Origin: Phycisphaerales bacterium
GTDB lineage: Bacteria; Planctomycetota; Phycisphaerae; WQYP01
Reading direction: 5' to 3'
Length of the DNA stretch: 64,000 nt
Assembly (NCBI GenBank): GCA_009781185.1
Contig: WQYP01000004.1
Location: 232 to 64,231, forward strand
Within the stretch, counting starts at the first letter, position 1; each line of letters opens with the position of its first letter. Shown piece by piece: positions 9,546 to 19,457 of this stretch. The translations under genes were made by a program, and so were the position numbers. The notes beneath the pieces were generated by a model that had not been told where the DNA came from, searched no databases, and was given only the letters and a program-made list of their open reading frames with translations.

Positions 9546-10655
9546 CTAAATATCTTTACTCATTCGCCAGTAGCCGGTTTTAGCGGGGCCGACGAACTCG
9601 ATCTTTCCCTGGTTTTTTAGGACTTCGATTTCACGCCTTGCGGTGGTGAAGGAGCAGTCGAGTTTGTCCTGGATACCTGATACTCGTAATCGTTCGCCGG
9701 TGGAAAGCATCGCCAGAATTTGTGACTGGCGTTGGATACTCGGATCGTCGGAGACGGTTTCCTCCATCTTCCTCACGCCGCCATGCCGGACTTCCGGAAT
9801 TGGCGGCGGGTTTTTGAGCGTGATCTTTGCGTTGAGTCGATAGCCAGCATCGGCGGTTTCGATCACATCGTCGCGACCGACTTTCAGGCCCAGTTCCCGT
9901 CCGAGCGATTCGGTCGCGTTCCGGCGAAAGTCTCGTATACTGCCCGCGATGCTGCCTTGCCCGCCGTTGCCGCTGACCAACGTGATAAGTGCGTTGCTGG
10001 GCCAGGATTTGTAGCTGCCGTCGGATCGCCGTTGCGTCAATGCTTGTAGAATTGTCCACATCTGAGAGGATTTGCTGCGGGTGAGAATCGACACGCCGCA
10101 GAGTTCTACGTGGTCGGGATAGAACTCCAGTTCGCCGCCAGTGAAGGGTTGGTGGGGGTGGTTGATGGCGGTGCTGGGATGAGGTGGGCTGGTGGATGCG
10201 GGAGGAGCGAAGGATACGGGGGTGGCGGGAGGATGTACGTATTTAGCGATGACTTCGAGGATGGCTCGGTCGAGTACGCCGTCATCGAAAGGTTTGTTGA
10301 CGAAGTCCGCTACGCCTTTTTTCAAGAGGTGTCTGGCCAACTCCGGACTATCGGTGCCGTGAGCGGTCATCACGATGATCGGCGTTTTGCGCATATGTAT
10401 TGAAGCCAAGATTTGGTCGATCAGGTTGTCGCCATTCTGGATGCGAGAAAGGCCACAGCCTTGACGAGTCGGAATCGCCAATTCCATCAGGACGTAATCG
10501 TACCAGCCTGCTTTGATTTTCTGGCGGGCGGCTTCCTGGTCGCCAACGAGATCGTACTCGTGGTCCAGGGAATTGAGAATGTTTTTGACTTCCTCCGCAA
10601 TCATCGGATCGTCTTCTATAACCAGGGCTTTGGGAACAGGTGTTTTGTGAGTCAT
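9546..10655 (-). CDS. response regulator: receiver domain + OmpR-like winged helix + C-terminal HTH
   Basis: REC domain (LVIEDDPMIAEEV ... YDYVLMELAIP ... PIIVMTAHG), central wH (ELCGVSILTRS ... DAGYRL) and C-terminal HTH (ILAMLSTGERLRVSGIQDKLDCSFTTARREIEVLKNQGKI). Confidence 0.75.
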   Translation of the reverse strand: MTHKTPVPKALVIEDDPMIAEEVKNILNSLDHEYDLVGDQEAARQKIKAGWYDYVLMELAIPTRQGCGLSRIQNGDNLIDQILASIHMRKTPIIVMTAHGTDSPELARHLLKKGVADFVNKPFDDGVLDRAILEVIAKYVHPPATPVSFAPPASTSPPHPSTAINHPHQPFTGGELEFYPDHVELCGVSILTRSKSSQMWTILQALTQRRSDGSYKSWPSNALITLVSGNGGQGSIAGSIRDFRRNATESLGRELGLKVGRDDVIETADAGYRLNAKITLKNPPPIPEVRHGGVRKMEETVSDDPSIQRQSQILAMLSTGERLRVSGIQDKLDCSFTTARREIEVLKNQGKIEFVGPAKTGYWRMSKDI

Positions 10656-11109
10656 GCTTCACTCTCCATTTCTGCGCCAGCGGCAGCAATGTCGCTGCGC
10701 TCGGCGACGCCATTGATGCCCCAATCGCTTTGGGCGAAACATTTCGCCCGCGATGGGTAAATCTGTGGAGGACGCCGCCAGCAATAGAGATTAAAAGGTG
10801 TCGATTGTTCTATGTTTGTGCGCACGGAGGGCTGGTACTGAAAGAGCACGTTTTCCGTGTGGGCACAACATTTTTCACGGTGAAACTGGTCAACCTCACC
10901 AGCGTTCAGCGTGTCCTTCTCTGCGACAATATGACGCTTTTTCTTTCGGTTAGACTCATAATAAACTTAATAGGAGCGTCAAATTTTGTTGTCGTTTTCG
11001 CTTCCCCTCAGTCAAGCGGATAGGGCACGGCCACTGTTCTTTCGTCTCGGACTGGACTTTTTTCGCCTGGACGCGCATAATCCTTCAAATGTTTTGAAGG
11101 ATTTTGCGT

Positions 11110-11718
11110 ATGCGGTATCGTGACACTCAACAGTCTCTCAAAGCGCTCTACAGCGTGGCGGCTACGCAGGGGGGATACTTTACCGCTAAACAAGCGGCTG
11201 AGGCGGGATACGACTATTCGCATCTGGTGTATCACCTCCAGGCGAGGAATTTTGAGCGAGCCGCACATGGGCTTTATCGCCTGCCCACCATTCCGCTTGC
11301 GGAGCATGATGATCTGATTCGGCTATCGCTGTGGAGCAGGGGACAAGACGATGCGCCCCAAGGCATAGTCTCCCATGCCAGTGCGATGTTTCTTCATCAA
11401 CTGAGCGATGTGCTGCCGACCAAGGTGCATCTCACCGTTCCGCCGGGGTTTCGTAAAGTTGCGCCGCGGGGATGTGTGCTGCACAAATCTCGACTGACTA
11501 CCGCTGAGACGGAAGCTCATGAAGGTTTCGCGGTGACTAAGCCGCTACGGACTTTGCTGGATGTAGCCCGCAATTCGAGCATCACCGACGAGCAGCTTGA
11601 GCGAGCCGTCCATGACGCGATCAGCCGTGGGCTGGTGCGTGAATCTGTTCTGAAGCGGGAGCTGGGCAAGGTGATGTCGCCGACACGCCGTGATTGTTTC
11701 GCCTCTCTGGTCGGATAA
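11110..11718 (+). CDS. abiEi: type IV toxin-antitoxin / abortive-infection AbiEi-family antitoxin-like protein
   Basis: N-terminal wH plus C-terminal AbiEi-like domain architecture. Directly upstream of an AbiEii-like nucleotidyltransferase with a 6-bp gap. ATG at 11110 (ORF from 11104). Confidence 0.6.
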   Translation: MRYRDTQQSLKALYSVAATQGGYFTAKQAAEAGYDYSHLVYHLQARNFERAAHGLYRLPTIPLAEHDDLIRLSLWSRGQDDAPQGIVSHASAMFLHQLSDVLPTKVHLTVPPGFRKVAPRGCVLHKSRLTTAETEAHEGFAVTKPLRTLLDVARNSSITDEQLERAVHDAISRGLVRESVLKRELGKVMSPTRRDCFASLVG

Positions 11719-11724
11719 AAACAC

Positions 11725-12585
11725 ATGATTAAATCTTTTGCATCACCAGCAGCATTTAAAACTTCTTTGGAAGCACGTATCAGAACCATCGCCGGGCAGC
11801 GCGATGTACCCATCAACACACTACGACTGAAGCTGGTGATCGAACGGCTGTTGGCTCGTCTCTTCTCGCAGAAGAATCCGCCGTGGGTACTCAAGGGTGG
11901 TTATGCGATGGAGTTGAGATACCGACCTCGGGCTCGGACCACGCGCGATATTGATCTGACATACGACGCATCTGGCTCAATGGAATTACAGGCTCGCATT
12001 CGATACGTGCGTGAACAGCTCCAAGCAGCAGCGGACATTGATCTCAGCGACTATCTGGCCTTCCGCATCGAAGAGGCACAAACCGAGTTGGCCGGCGCAC
12101 CGCTTGGTGGTGCTCGGTTTCCCTGCGAGGCATTTCTTGCAGGGAAAACGTATGGCCGATTCCACATCGACGTGGGATTCGGCGACGATGTCGGCACTGC
12201 GACTGAAATGTTGTCGGGGGATGATCTACTGGCGTTTGCTGGCATTCCGCCTGCTCAGGCACTGGCGATTTCCAAGCCGCAGCAATTCGCCGAAAAACTC
12301 CACGCCTACACCCGCCCGTGGGATGACCGGATCAACATGCGGACAAAAGACCTTGTGGATTTGGTGCTGTTGATCGAAACCGCAAGCGTTGAACCAGCGG
12401 ACGTGAACGCCGCCGTCCACACGACTTTTGCGAAGCGGGATACTCACCCGATCCCGGTCGAACTTCCCGATCCGCCCGCCCGCTGGTCGGACGAATTCAC
12501 GGCACTGGCCGCCGAAGCACACCTGCAAGCCACAACGTTGTCGGCAGCCATTGGCGTCCTTCGCGTTTTTTGGCAACGTGTGTAA
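11725..12585 (+). CDS. abiEii: nucleotidyltransferase AbiEii/AbiGii toxin family protein
   Basis: VLKGGYAMELRY..RARTTRDIDL motif and overall length typical of AbiEii. Paired with the AbiEi-like gene. Confidence 0.65.
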   Translation: MIKSFASPAAFKTSLEARIRTIAGQRDVPINTLRLKLVIERLLARLFSQKNPPWVLKGGYAMELRYRPRARTTRDIDLTYDASGSMELQARIRYVREQLQAAADIDLSDYLAFRIEEAQTELAGAPLGGARFPCEAFLAGKTYGRFHIDVGFGDDVGTATEMLSGDDLLAFAGIPPAQALAISKPQQFAEKLHAYTRPWDDRINMRTKDLVDLVLLIETASVEPADVNAAVHTTFAKRDTHPIPVELPDPPARWSDEFTALAAEAHLQATTLSAAIGVLRVFWQRV

Positions 12586-12764
12586 CCACCGTGTGATTTG
12601 AGACCTGACCGGTAGATTTAGATAGCGTGGCTACCATCCGACGCTACGCTCCAGCTCCCTTAAGCGTTGAATGTGTTATACCTAATTGCGAACGAATCGG
12701 TCGAAGCTCGCCAAGTCACATTTCCTGAGAGGGTGTTCTCGCTTGGGAAATATTGCAACTAATT

Positions 12765-12800
12765 GACTTGACAGCAGTTATGGCTAATATAAGTTTGACA
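12765..12800 (+). promoter_or_regulatory. candidate sigma70-like promoter (TTGACT-16nt-TAATAT) in a ~680-bp ORF-poor spacer
   Basis: Read by eye. No downstream CDS on this strand. Confidence 0.2.
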
Positions 12801-13147
12801 TCCACCGCGTTGTCAGCGTGTTGTCAGAAGAGAGCGTTACTACGCCCCGGTGCGGGCATTTCATCCACCATGGTAAATCGGGGCGAGGGGCGAGCGGTTG
12901 AACCAAACCCCGAAAAAATCACTGAGTGCGCGGATGTGATTTTGAAATTCAGGCGATCACAACTTGAGTCTATCAAACGAGTTACGCGAAGTAGCCAATC
13001 GCTCTGCCAGATCGTCGTCGGCGCGGCGGCGTGATTATCGGGTGTCTTGTTGGTCGGTGGAAGGGGACCGATAAGTGTTTTTGGGGGCGTTTTTTGGGGG
13101 CGATTCTACTCTATATTTTAATCATCTTGATGTTTCATCAAGCCGAT

Positions 13148-13253
13148 TCGTGTCCCTGGGGGACACGCAAAATGTCCCCCCATGTCCCTGGGGGACATCA
13201 AAAATGTCCCTGCGTGTCCCTGGGGGACACGAAAAATGTCCCCCAGGGACACA
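13148..13253. repeat. tandem ~31-bp units (3.3 copies) each containing the palindrome GTCCC-TGG-GGGAC plus half-site AAAATGTCCCC; immediately 3' of response-regulator gene 13267..14364
   Basis: GTGTCCCTGGGGGACACGCAAAATGTCCCCCA repeated. Read directly. Confidence 0.6.
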
Positions 13254-13266
13254 TATACGCAAACTT

Positions 13267-14364
13267 TTATGCGTTCTTCGGTTTGGCGATGCGGTAATGG
13301 CCGGGGTGGGGTAAGTATATGTATTCAATCAGGCCCTGTTCTCGCAGTTCGCCAATGTCGCGTTGGGCGGTTTTGTCGGAGCATTTGAAGCGGGCTTCAA
13401 CGTCGCTGCGGCGTATCTTGGTCCCGCTGCGAAGTTCAGCAAGTATCCACTGTTGTCGAGCTGTGAGTTCGTTATTCTCATCGACGAGGGGTGGTGCTTC
13501 GGCGAGTGGCGATGCTGCTGTTGTTGGCGGCGTGAAGAGAGTTGGGCTGTTGATTTCCGTCGGTGGTAAATTTTGTCGAAGGGTGATGTGCGGATGGAGA
13601 CGATAGCCACGGTCGCGGCTCATGATGACATCGTGCATTCCGCAGGTCAGGTTCTGTTCCTGTTGTAGAAGGTTGATGATTCGTTCGCGGAGGCAACGAA
13701 TGCACTGGATCACAGAATTCTCGCCGACTCTTCGCCCCAAGTGCTCGGCCAGACGACGGCAACTGAAAGGTTTGAATCGGCCTTGGGTGTCTTGTTGCGC
13801 CAGCGTGGCGAGTATCTCCCAAGCGTAGCCGCGTCCACTGCGTTCCAGAATCGTGACGCCGCAGAGTTCTATGTGATTTTGAAAGATCGCGAGTTCTCCG
13901 CCAGCGAACGGCTGGAGGATGCCAGTAGGTTTGGCAGCGTTGCTGGCTTGGATGAGTATCGGTGCCAAGGCGGACTTGATGACCTCGTCGAGGGTTCGAC
14001 CGATTTTGGGGAAAGGCTTTTTTATATAGTTTGTCGCGCCCTTTCGCATCACGTTCACGGCCAACTCCGGCTCGTCGGTGTCGTGGTCAGCTATCACAAT
14101 AACCGGCGTGTGGCGCATGTGCGTGGAGGCGCGAATTTGCTCCAACAGGTTGATGCCGTTCTGAGAGCGAGGAAACTCGCAGTCCTGTCGAATCGGAATC
14201 TCCAATGCCAACAGGACGTAATCATACCCGCCCGCCTCAATTCGTTGGCGGGCGATTTCCTGGTCACCGGCGAGATCGTAGCCGTGGTCCAGGGACGTGA
14301 GAATGTTGGCGACTTCTTTCGCGCTGGATTGATCGTTTTCGATGACCAGAGCTTTGTGACTCAT
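13267..14364 (-). CDS. response regulator paralog: receiver + OmpR-like wH + C-terminal HTH
   Basis: Same three-domain layout as 9546..10655 (LVIENDQSSAKEV ... YDYVLLALEIP; ELCGVTILERS ... DRGYRL; C-terminal HTH ILAELRSGTKIRRSDVEARFKCSDKTAQRDIGELREQGLI). Confidence 0.75.
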   Translation of the reverse strand: MSHKALVIENDQSSAKEVANILTSLDHGYDLAGDQEIARQRIEAGGYDYVLLALEIPIRQDCEFPRSQNGINLLEQIRASTHMRHTPVIVIADHDTDEPELAVNVMRKGATNYIKKPFPKIGRTLDEVIKSALAPILIQASNAAKPTGILQPFAGGELAIFQNHIELCGVTILERSGRGYAWEILATLAQQDTQGRFKPFSCRRLAEHLGRRVGENSVIQCIRCLRERIINLLQQEQNLTCGMHDVIMSRDRGYRLHPHITLRQNLPPTEINSPTLFTPPTTAASPLAEAPPLVDENNELTARQQWILAELRSGTKIRRSDVEARFKCSDKTAQRDIGELREQGLIEYIYLPHPGHYRIAKPKNA

Positions 14365-14862
14365 TCGTCACACTCCATATTCTGCGCCAGCGGCAATGCG
14401 AGCGTTACCGTGGCGCAGCGATCAACGACGCCATCAATTCCAAAGCGCCTCCGTGGGCAAAAACGTTTTGCCCGCGATGGGGTAAGTCCATGTTCAGGCT
14501 GTCAAAAAAAACATCCGCAACAGAAATGAATATTATACGATATTGCGACGCTTTCAGCCTTCGGAGAAAAGGGCTTTCGATTCTGCCACCGTGTTACGCC
14601 TCGCCGATTCAGACGCAGTCTTTTTCAATCAGGAGTCAGTTCCGAGAATCGCGATCTCGGACTTACGTGATCTTAGACTTATTTATTTTTAGTGATCTCT
14701 CTATTCAATGATTTCCTCGTGCTTTTTTTTCATTGACAGGGGCTGAAAACGCGGGTATATACTGCGAGCATCAACCTCGACATTGTGTTTTCGTGCCGAT
14801 TTTGATGTCGTTTGGGTCTGCCGAGTGTACGGCAGCGTGCATTTGCTCAGTGGTGAGAACGC

Positions 14863-17790
14863 ATGACAAAGGACTCAAAAAAGAATCGGTGCTTGATACT
14901 CGCGCTGGCTGTGACGGCGAGTCTTTGTGGGGTCGTGTCCGTATATGCCGCCGGTCCCGTTGCTAAATCTGCCGGTCCTGCCACGGCTCCCGCGCCGATG
15001 AGCGTCGAGGAACTTCAGAGCAGGGCGTGGACCTTGTTTTATGGTGGGGATTTCAAGTCGGCGGCGGAGGGGGCGGCGAAGCTGCTCACGCTTCCCGCGT
15101 CTTCTGATCCGGCCAAGTGGGAGGCGGCGCATTGTCAGGCTCGCTGTTTGTGGGCGATGGGCGATGCGGCCTCACGAACGCAAGCACAGAAACTCTGGAC
15201 CGACTTGGCGAAAGCCACCCCAACCCCCACATCGAGAGTCAAAGTGCGGCAGGTCATTGCTCAGTCGCTCGTTCTTGCCCCCGGCAATTCCTCTGCTGCC
15301 GGCGATCCTGCGAAAGTGGCGAAGGCGATCTCGCTGCTTGAAAATATTGTTCAATCGGATTCCGCTGGTACTGCGACCGCAGAAGCGGCGATTGAATTGG
15401 GCATGCGGTACATCGCGGCGAAGCGTTTTGATGACGCCAAGCACATGCTGGAATTCGTCGAGAAATACTTGTCCAAGGAAAATATTGTTCGGCTGGAGAC
15501 CAGCGAGGGGGCGGCCATCACGTTTCGCAGAGCCGCGAAGGATGCTCTGAAACAGCTTGAATTCGCGAAGAATGTGGGGATGGCGGCGTTCGAGAAGGCG
15601 GAGGATTTGCGGAAGGCGGAGAAGTTCGCGGAAGCACTCGCAGCCTATCAGGCGATCATCAAAGACAGCGAGGCTCAGAACGGCGGTCAAAAGGGCGATC
15701 AGAAAAATACTTCCACTTTGAGCGATTACGCCGTTCGTAGCGATCTGGCCATCGGTCAATGTTATGTCGGCTTGAATAAACCGTTGCAGGCGGTGGAGCA
15801 TTGGAAGCGGTTTGTTGGGGCGGCTCCTGCGGGTGCTTGGCGCGGTCAGGCATATGCGGCGATGATCGATTTGCAACTGGAACGTTTGTTGGACCTGCCC
15901 GCCGCTGTCACGTATGCAGACATGGCGGACAATGCACTCAAGACTGCTCTGGCGGACGAAAAAATCGCGGCCACATGGAAACCGTCGCTGTTTGATATTT
16001 ACCTGCGTATTGGCACGGTTCGCCTGCTTCAACAAAAGCCGTCGGACGCCGCCACTGCGTTTGAGCAGGCCAAAAAGGCCACGCAAGACAAGAAGTTCGC
16101 CGACGGGCTTGATCCGCTGATTGCCGCCGCCAAAACCAACCAGCCCAACCAGCCGTTGATTCCCGCCGATGCCGTGGTTGGCGCTATGGGATTGTCGTCC
16201 GACAAAACGTTATCCGACAAGGCGACGTTGGTTTTGTCGCTGGCCGTGATCGACAACGTGGCCAAAAAATTCGCCGCCGCCGACGCCCTTTTCGACCGCC
16301 TCCTGACCGACAAACTCCTCAAACGCACCCCCGCCCAGGAAGGCTTCGCCACCTTCGGCAAAGCCCTGGTGCTGCTCTCAAACGCCAAATCCGACCCCGA
16401 CCAAACCAAAAAGGCTTTGCTCACCGCCCTCAAAACCTACCCCCAAGGCTCCTGGCAGGATGAAACCCTGTATCAACTCGCGGCGTTCATTCAACAACAA
16501 GCGGAGGCTACATTCAAAAAAGAAGAATACGCCACGAAACACACCGCGCCGGATCAACCACAAACTCAGAGAAATCTTCCTAAACAGGATAAGGCGGCTG
16601 ATGAACGACGAGCACGGATGATTGCCGCCGCAGCTGAAGCTTTGCCTTATTGGGCGGAAGTTCTCAAAACATACCCCAAGAGTCCACGATGCGAACCTGC
16701 CCTGTATTACGTGGGCGTGATCCAGCACGAGAAAGCGAAAATCAACGCATCAAACGAGGAACGCTTTTTCAAAGAAGCGGCGGCCTCGCTTAATCGTTTC
16801 TGTGATGCTTATCCTAAGAGTCCATTTGCAGGCGATGCTCATGCTCGCCAAATGGATATTGCTTTAGAAGCCCTGTTTGATTTGAAATTGGCGGGAGAGA
16901 AAGCTGAGAAAGCTATTCAGTGGGTTAAGACGGTCGCCAATGCGTCACAGACTCAAAAATCAACAGATACGACAGCACCTGTATCTCTCTGGTGCGGCTC
17001 GAAGTCAGGACCATCTCCGGCATTCTTGGAACGTTTTCGATACGAATGTGGTCTTCGTGCGGGACTCGTGGCTTACCTCAATGAGAAATATGATGTCGCT
17101 ACGGAAAATTTCCGCTTGGCAGGTGCTCCAACATTGGATGACAAACTTCCGAGCAATGCCACGGCCGAAAGTGTGGGAATGAGCGTTTTGATCAGCGCGA
17201 TCCAGAAAAAACGCGTCGTATGGCGCGAAGATGCTGTTCAAATGGTCAACAATGAACGCCAGAAAACGGCGATGAAACTGGCAGATCTTTATCTTTTCGT
17301 CCAACGTCCAGATCGTACCATCAACATCTACAACCGATTCTTAGCGAATGATCCGCTCTTAGGGACCATTGTCCCCGCCGCCAAATCCTATGCCAAGATG
17401 CAGCTGGGGTGGGCTTACAGCAGAGATACGTCGAAACTTACGTTAGCCAAGGAGTATCTCAACTCTGCTTATGATCCTGAGAGTGCGAATATGCCTTGGG
17501 TGCCGTTTGCACTGATGCGACTGGGATCTGTGGAATACAACAACGGTTCGCCGGAGAAAGCTCTACCGCACTTCGAACGTATCTTGAAGCTTTATCCCGA
17601 CAGCAACGAGGCCAAGCGAGCCTTGTACTTTTACGCGATAACGACAGTGAAGCTGGGCAAGTTCGACCTCGCTCAACAAGCATGCCAGCAATTTATGGGA
17701 AAATATCCGAACGATGTTTGGATCCCTCATGTGAAATCCATTATGGCCAATGCGATGAACAAGAATTCTTCTAAACAGGACGTCAAGTAA
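14863..17790 (+). CDS. secreted tetratricopeptide-repeat protein (975 aa)
   Basis: Signal peptide, then helical TPR-like repeats throughout. Confidence 0.6.
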   Translation: MTKDSKKNRCLILALAVTASLCGVVSVYAAGPVAKSAGPATAPAPMSVEELQSRAWTLFYGGDFKSAAEGAAKLLTLPASSDPAKWEAAHCQARCLWAMGDAASRTQAQKLWTDLAKATPTPTSRVKVRQVIAQSLVLAPGNSSAAGDPAKVAKAISLLENIVQSDSAGTATAEAAIELGMRYIAAKRFDDAKHMLEFVEKYLSKENIVRLETSEGAAITFRRAAKDALKQLEFAKNVGMAAFEKAEDLRKAEKFAEALAAYQAIIKDSEAQNGGQKGDQKNTSTLSDYAVRSDLAIGQCYVGLNKPLQAVEHWKRFVGAAPAGAWRGQAYAAMIDLQLERLLDLPAAVTYADMADNALKTALADEKIAATWKPSLFDIYLRIGTVRLLQQKPSDAATAFEQAKKATQDKKFADGLDPLIAAAKTNQPNQPLIPADAVVGAMGLSSDKTLSDKATLVLSLAVIDNVAKKFAAADALFDRLLTDKLLKRTPAQEGFATFGKALVLLSNAKSDPDQTKKALLTALKTYPQGSWQDETLYQLAAFIQQQAEATFKKEEYATKHTAPDQPQTQRNLPKQDKAADERRARMIAAAAEALPYWAEVLKTYPKSPRCEPALYYVGVIQHEKAKINASNEERFFKEAAASLNRFCDAYPKSPFAGDAHARQMDIALEALFDLKLAGEKAEKAIQWVKTVANASQTQKSTDTTAPVSLWCGSKSGPSPAFLERFRYECGLRAGLVAYLNEKYDVATENFRLAGAPTLDDKLPSNATAESVGMSVLISAIQKKRVVWREDAVQMVNNERQKTAMKLADLYLFVQRPDRTINIYNRFLANDPLLGTIVPAAKSYAKMQLGWAYSRDTSKLTLAKEYLNSAYDPESANMPWVPFALMRLGSVEYNNGSPEKALPHFERILKLYPDSNEAKRALYFYAITTVKLGKFDLAQQACQQFMGKYPNDVWIPHVKSIMANAMNKNSSKQDVK

Positions 17791-17809
17791 TTTGATAAGG
17801 AGAACCGCT

Positions 17810-18478
17810 ATGTTTCAGAAACTGAAGACGTGGATAATGGCAATGGGAGTAATAGGGGTTGTCTTGTGTACAACGACTCGCCTCTCTTTTGCCGCCGATG
17901 CAAGCACGCCCATTTTTACTCAAGGATGGTATAATTGCAGTGAAGAAGGTCCAGATGCAATGACGGCAACCGCATCGTCACCAATTGAAGCGAAAGGAGG
18001 ATTCGGAATACCGGATGATCCGGATGATACCATTCTCATTGATGGCATCGGTGGCACCACAGTGTATTTCTCGGGTCGTTCTGCTGAAAATGGTTGTTAT
18101 TATCTGACTTGGGGCATCTTTCTTGGAGGCGGAAGTGAGGTCGGCAGTGATGGCAAAAATGAATGGGAGGCGTATTTTTCAAATGAAGAGTGCGCATATT
18201 TTGTAATATATATTAACAGCCCAACAACAATTGAAGACGACATCTTTTATTGTAATCCTAGTCAAGCTCCATTACCATCTACCATCACCGTCGAATTACA
18301 TAATTATACAGGTGACGAATCAATCCAGTTTATGCTATCCGTATCAGGTGATGGGGAAGTGCATTTTATCGATAGTCCAAGTCAATCCATTTCAAATGGA
18401 GCGAGTGTGGACGTTCATGCTTCTGGAACTGATAGCGGGCCTGTGGGGAAAGTGACAATTACTGTAACGGCTTATTAA
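17810..18478 (+). CDS. hypothetical secreted protein (low-GC gene)
   Basis: ATG at 17810 with RBS AAGGAGAA and a signal peptide. Local GC is clearly lower than the flanks. Confidence 0.5.
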   Translation: MFQKLKTWIMAMGVIGVVLCTTTRLSFAADASTPIFTQGWYNCSEEGPDAMTATASSPIEAKGGFGIPDDPDDTILIDGIGGTTVYFSGRSAENGCYYLTWGIFLGGGSEVGSDGKNEWEAYFSNEECAYFVIYINSPTTIEDDIFYCNPSQAPLPSTITVELHNYTGDESIQFMLSVSGDGEVHFIDSPSQSISNGASVDVHASGTDSGPVGKVTITVTAY

Positions 18479-18516
18479 ACAACTGAAACAACTCCCTATA
18501 ATAAGGAACATCATCA

Positions 18517-19428
18517 ATGAAGTTAGAACGAAATATAAAAGTGTTCATGATCGCAATGATTTGTGTGTTGGGGATATTTAACATCGCGATTGCTGATAAT
18601 CCTCCTGCAAAACCAAAGCCTAAAACAACTAAGGGGGAAGTAGTACGCATGCTGCATGAAAGGGGCAGAGTTAATATTCTTCTCACCGAGGCAATCAAAG
18701 AAGAAGATATCAAAAAAATGATCAAAGCGGGCATAAACGCAAATCTAGCACTGACCGCCGAGAAAGATCTCGTTCAATTTGTAACATCTCAAGTAGATGC
18801 ATATTTAACAAGTCTTAAAGATAAAGATATCGCTTCATACAATCTCATTTCAAAATACAAGAATGAATTGATTGATGCATTGATCAAGAAAACGCAAGAC
18901 CTCATTAAAAAAGGGGACGAAGTGGTCACCGCTGGAGTTGACAAAGCCGTGGCTGAGACTGCTTCAACTATCAAGGCGGCAATCGATTTATCTGCAGCAA
19001 TGAATGGCCTGTCTTTCGATGTTATTAGCGCTTACAGATATAAAGAAAAGGAAAGGAACCCAGGCAGTCCTGGATGGGATAAGCCCACGGTATCAAATGG
19101 TAGCTTCGTTAATGCCTCTGGTTCGTTCAAGATCGGATTTCAAGTTTCAGCAGGAGTCTCTGCAATTGGCGAGGCGACTGTACCAATTCAGATTGAGATA
19201 AAAGTGGATGCGAAAGCTGTGCTAAAAAGCAAGTATGTGGAGATAGGAACGATGAACATTCCAGAAACGACGGCTACGGTTATACCTGCCGTCGATGTCT
19301 CTGTAGGCCTCTCTGTGGAAGTTAAGGCTGGGGTCACTGCTGGAGGTAGTAGAGAAAAGACCGAAACTTTTGAACTGCCTGAGATTAAAAAGGATTTTAA
19401 AGCTGATGGAAATCCCCAGAAGGATTAA
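18517..19428 (+). CDS. hypothetical secreted protein (low-GC gene)
   Basis: Signal peptide MKLERNIKVFMIAMICVLGIFNIAIA and lysine-rich sequence. AT-rich DNA. Confidence 0.5.
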   Translation: MKLERNIKVFMIAMICVLGIFNIAIADNPPAKPKPKTTKGEVVRMLHERGRVNILLTEAIKEEDIKKMIKAGINANLALTAEKDLVQFVTSQVDAYLTSLKDKDIASYNLISKYKNELIDALIKKTQDLIKKGDEVVTAGVDKAVAETASTIKAAIDLSAAMNGLSFDVISAYRYKEKERNPGSPGWDKPTVSNGSFVNASGSFKIGFQVSAGVSAIGEATVPIQIEIKVDAKAVLKSKYVEIGTMNIPETTATVIPAVDVSVGLSVEVKAGVTAGGSREKTETFELPEIKKDFKADGNPQKD

Positions 19429-19457
19429 ATATACTACAACTTTTACTGTGAGGCATT

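Noticed and set aside
13148-13253. Tandem palindromic repeats considered as a CRISPR array
   Set aside because: Units abut with no unique spacers, there are only about 3 copies, and no cas genes are nearby. Cis-regulatory or binding sites fit better.
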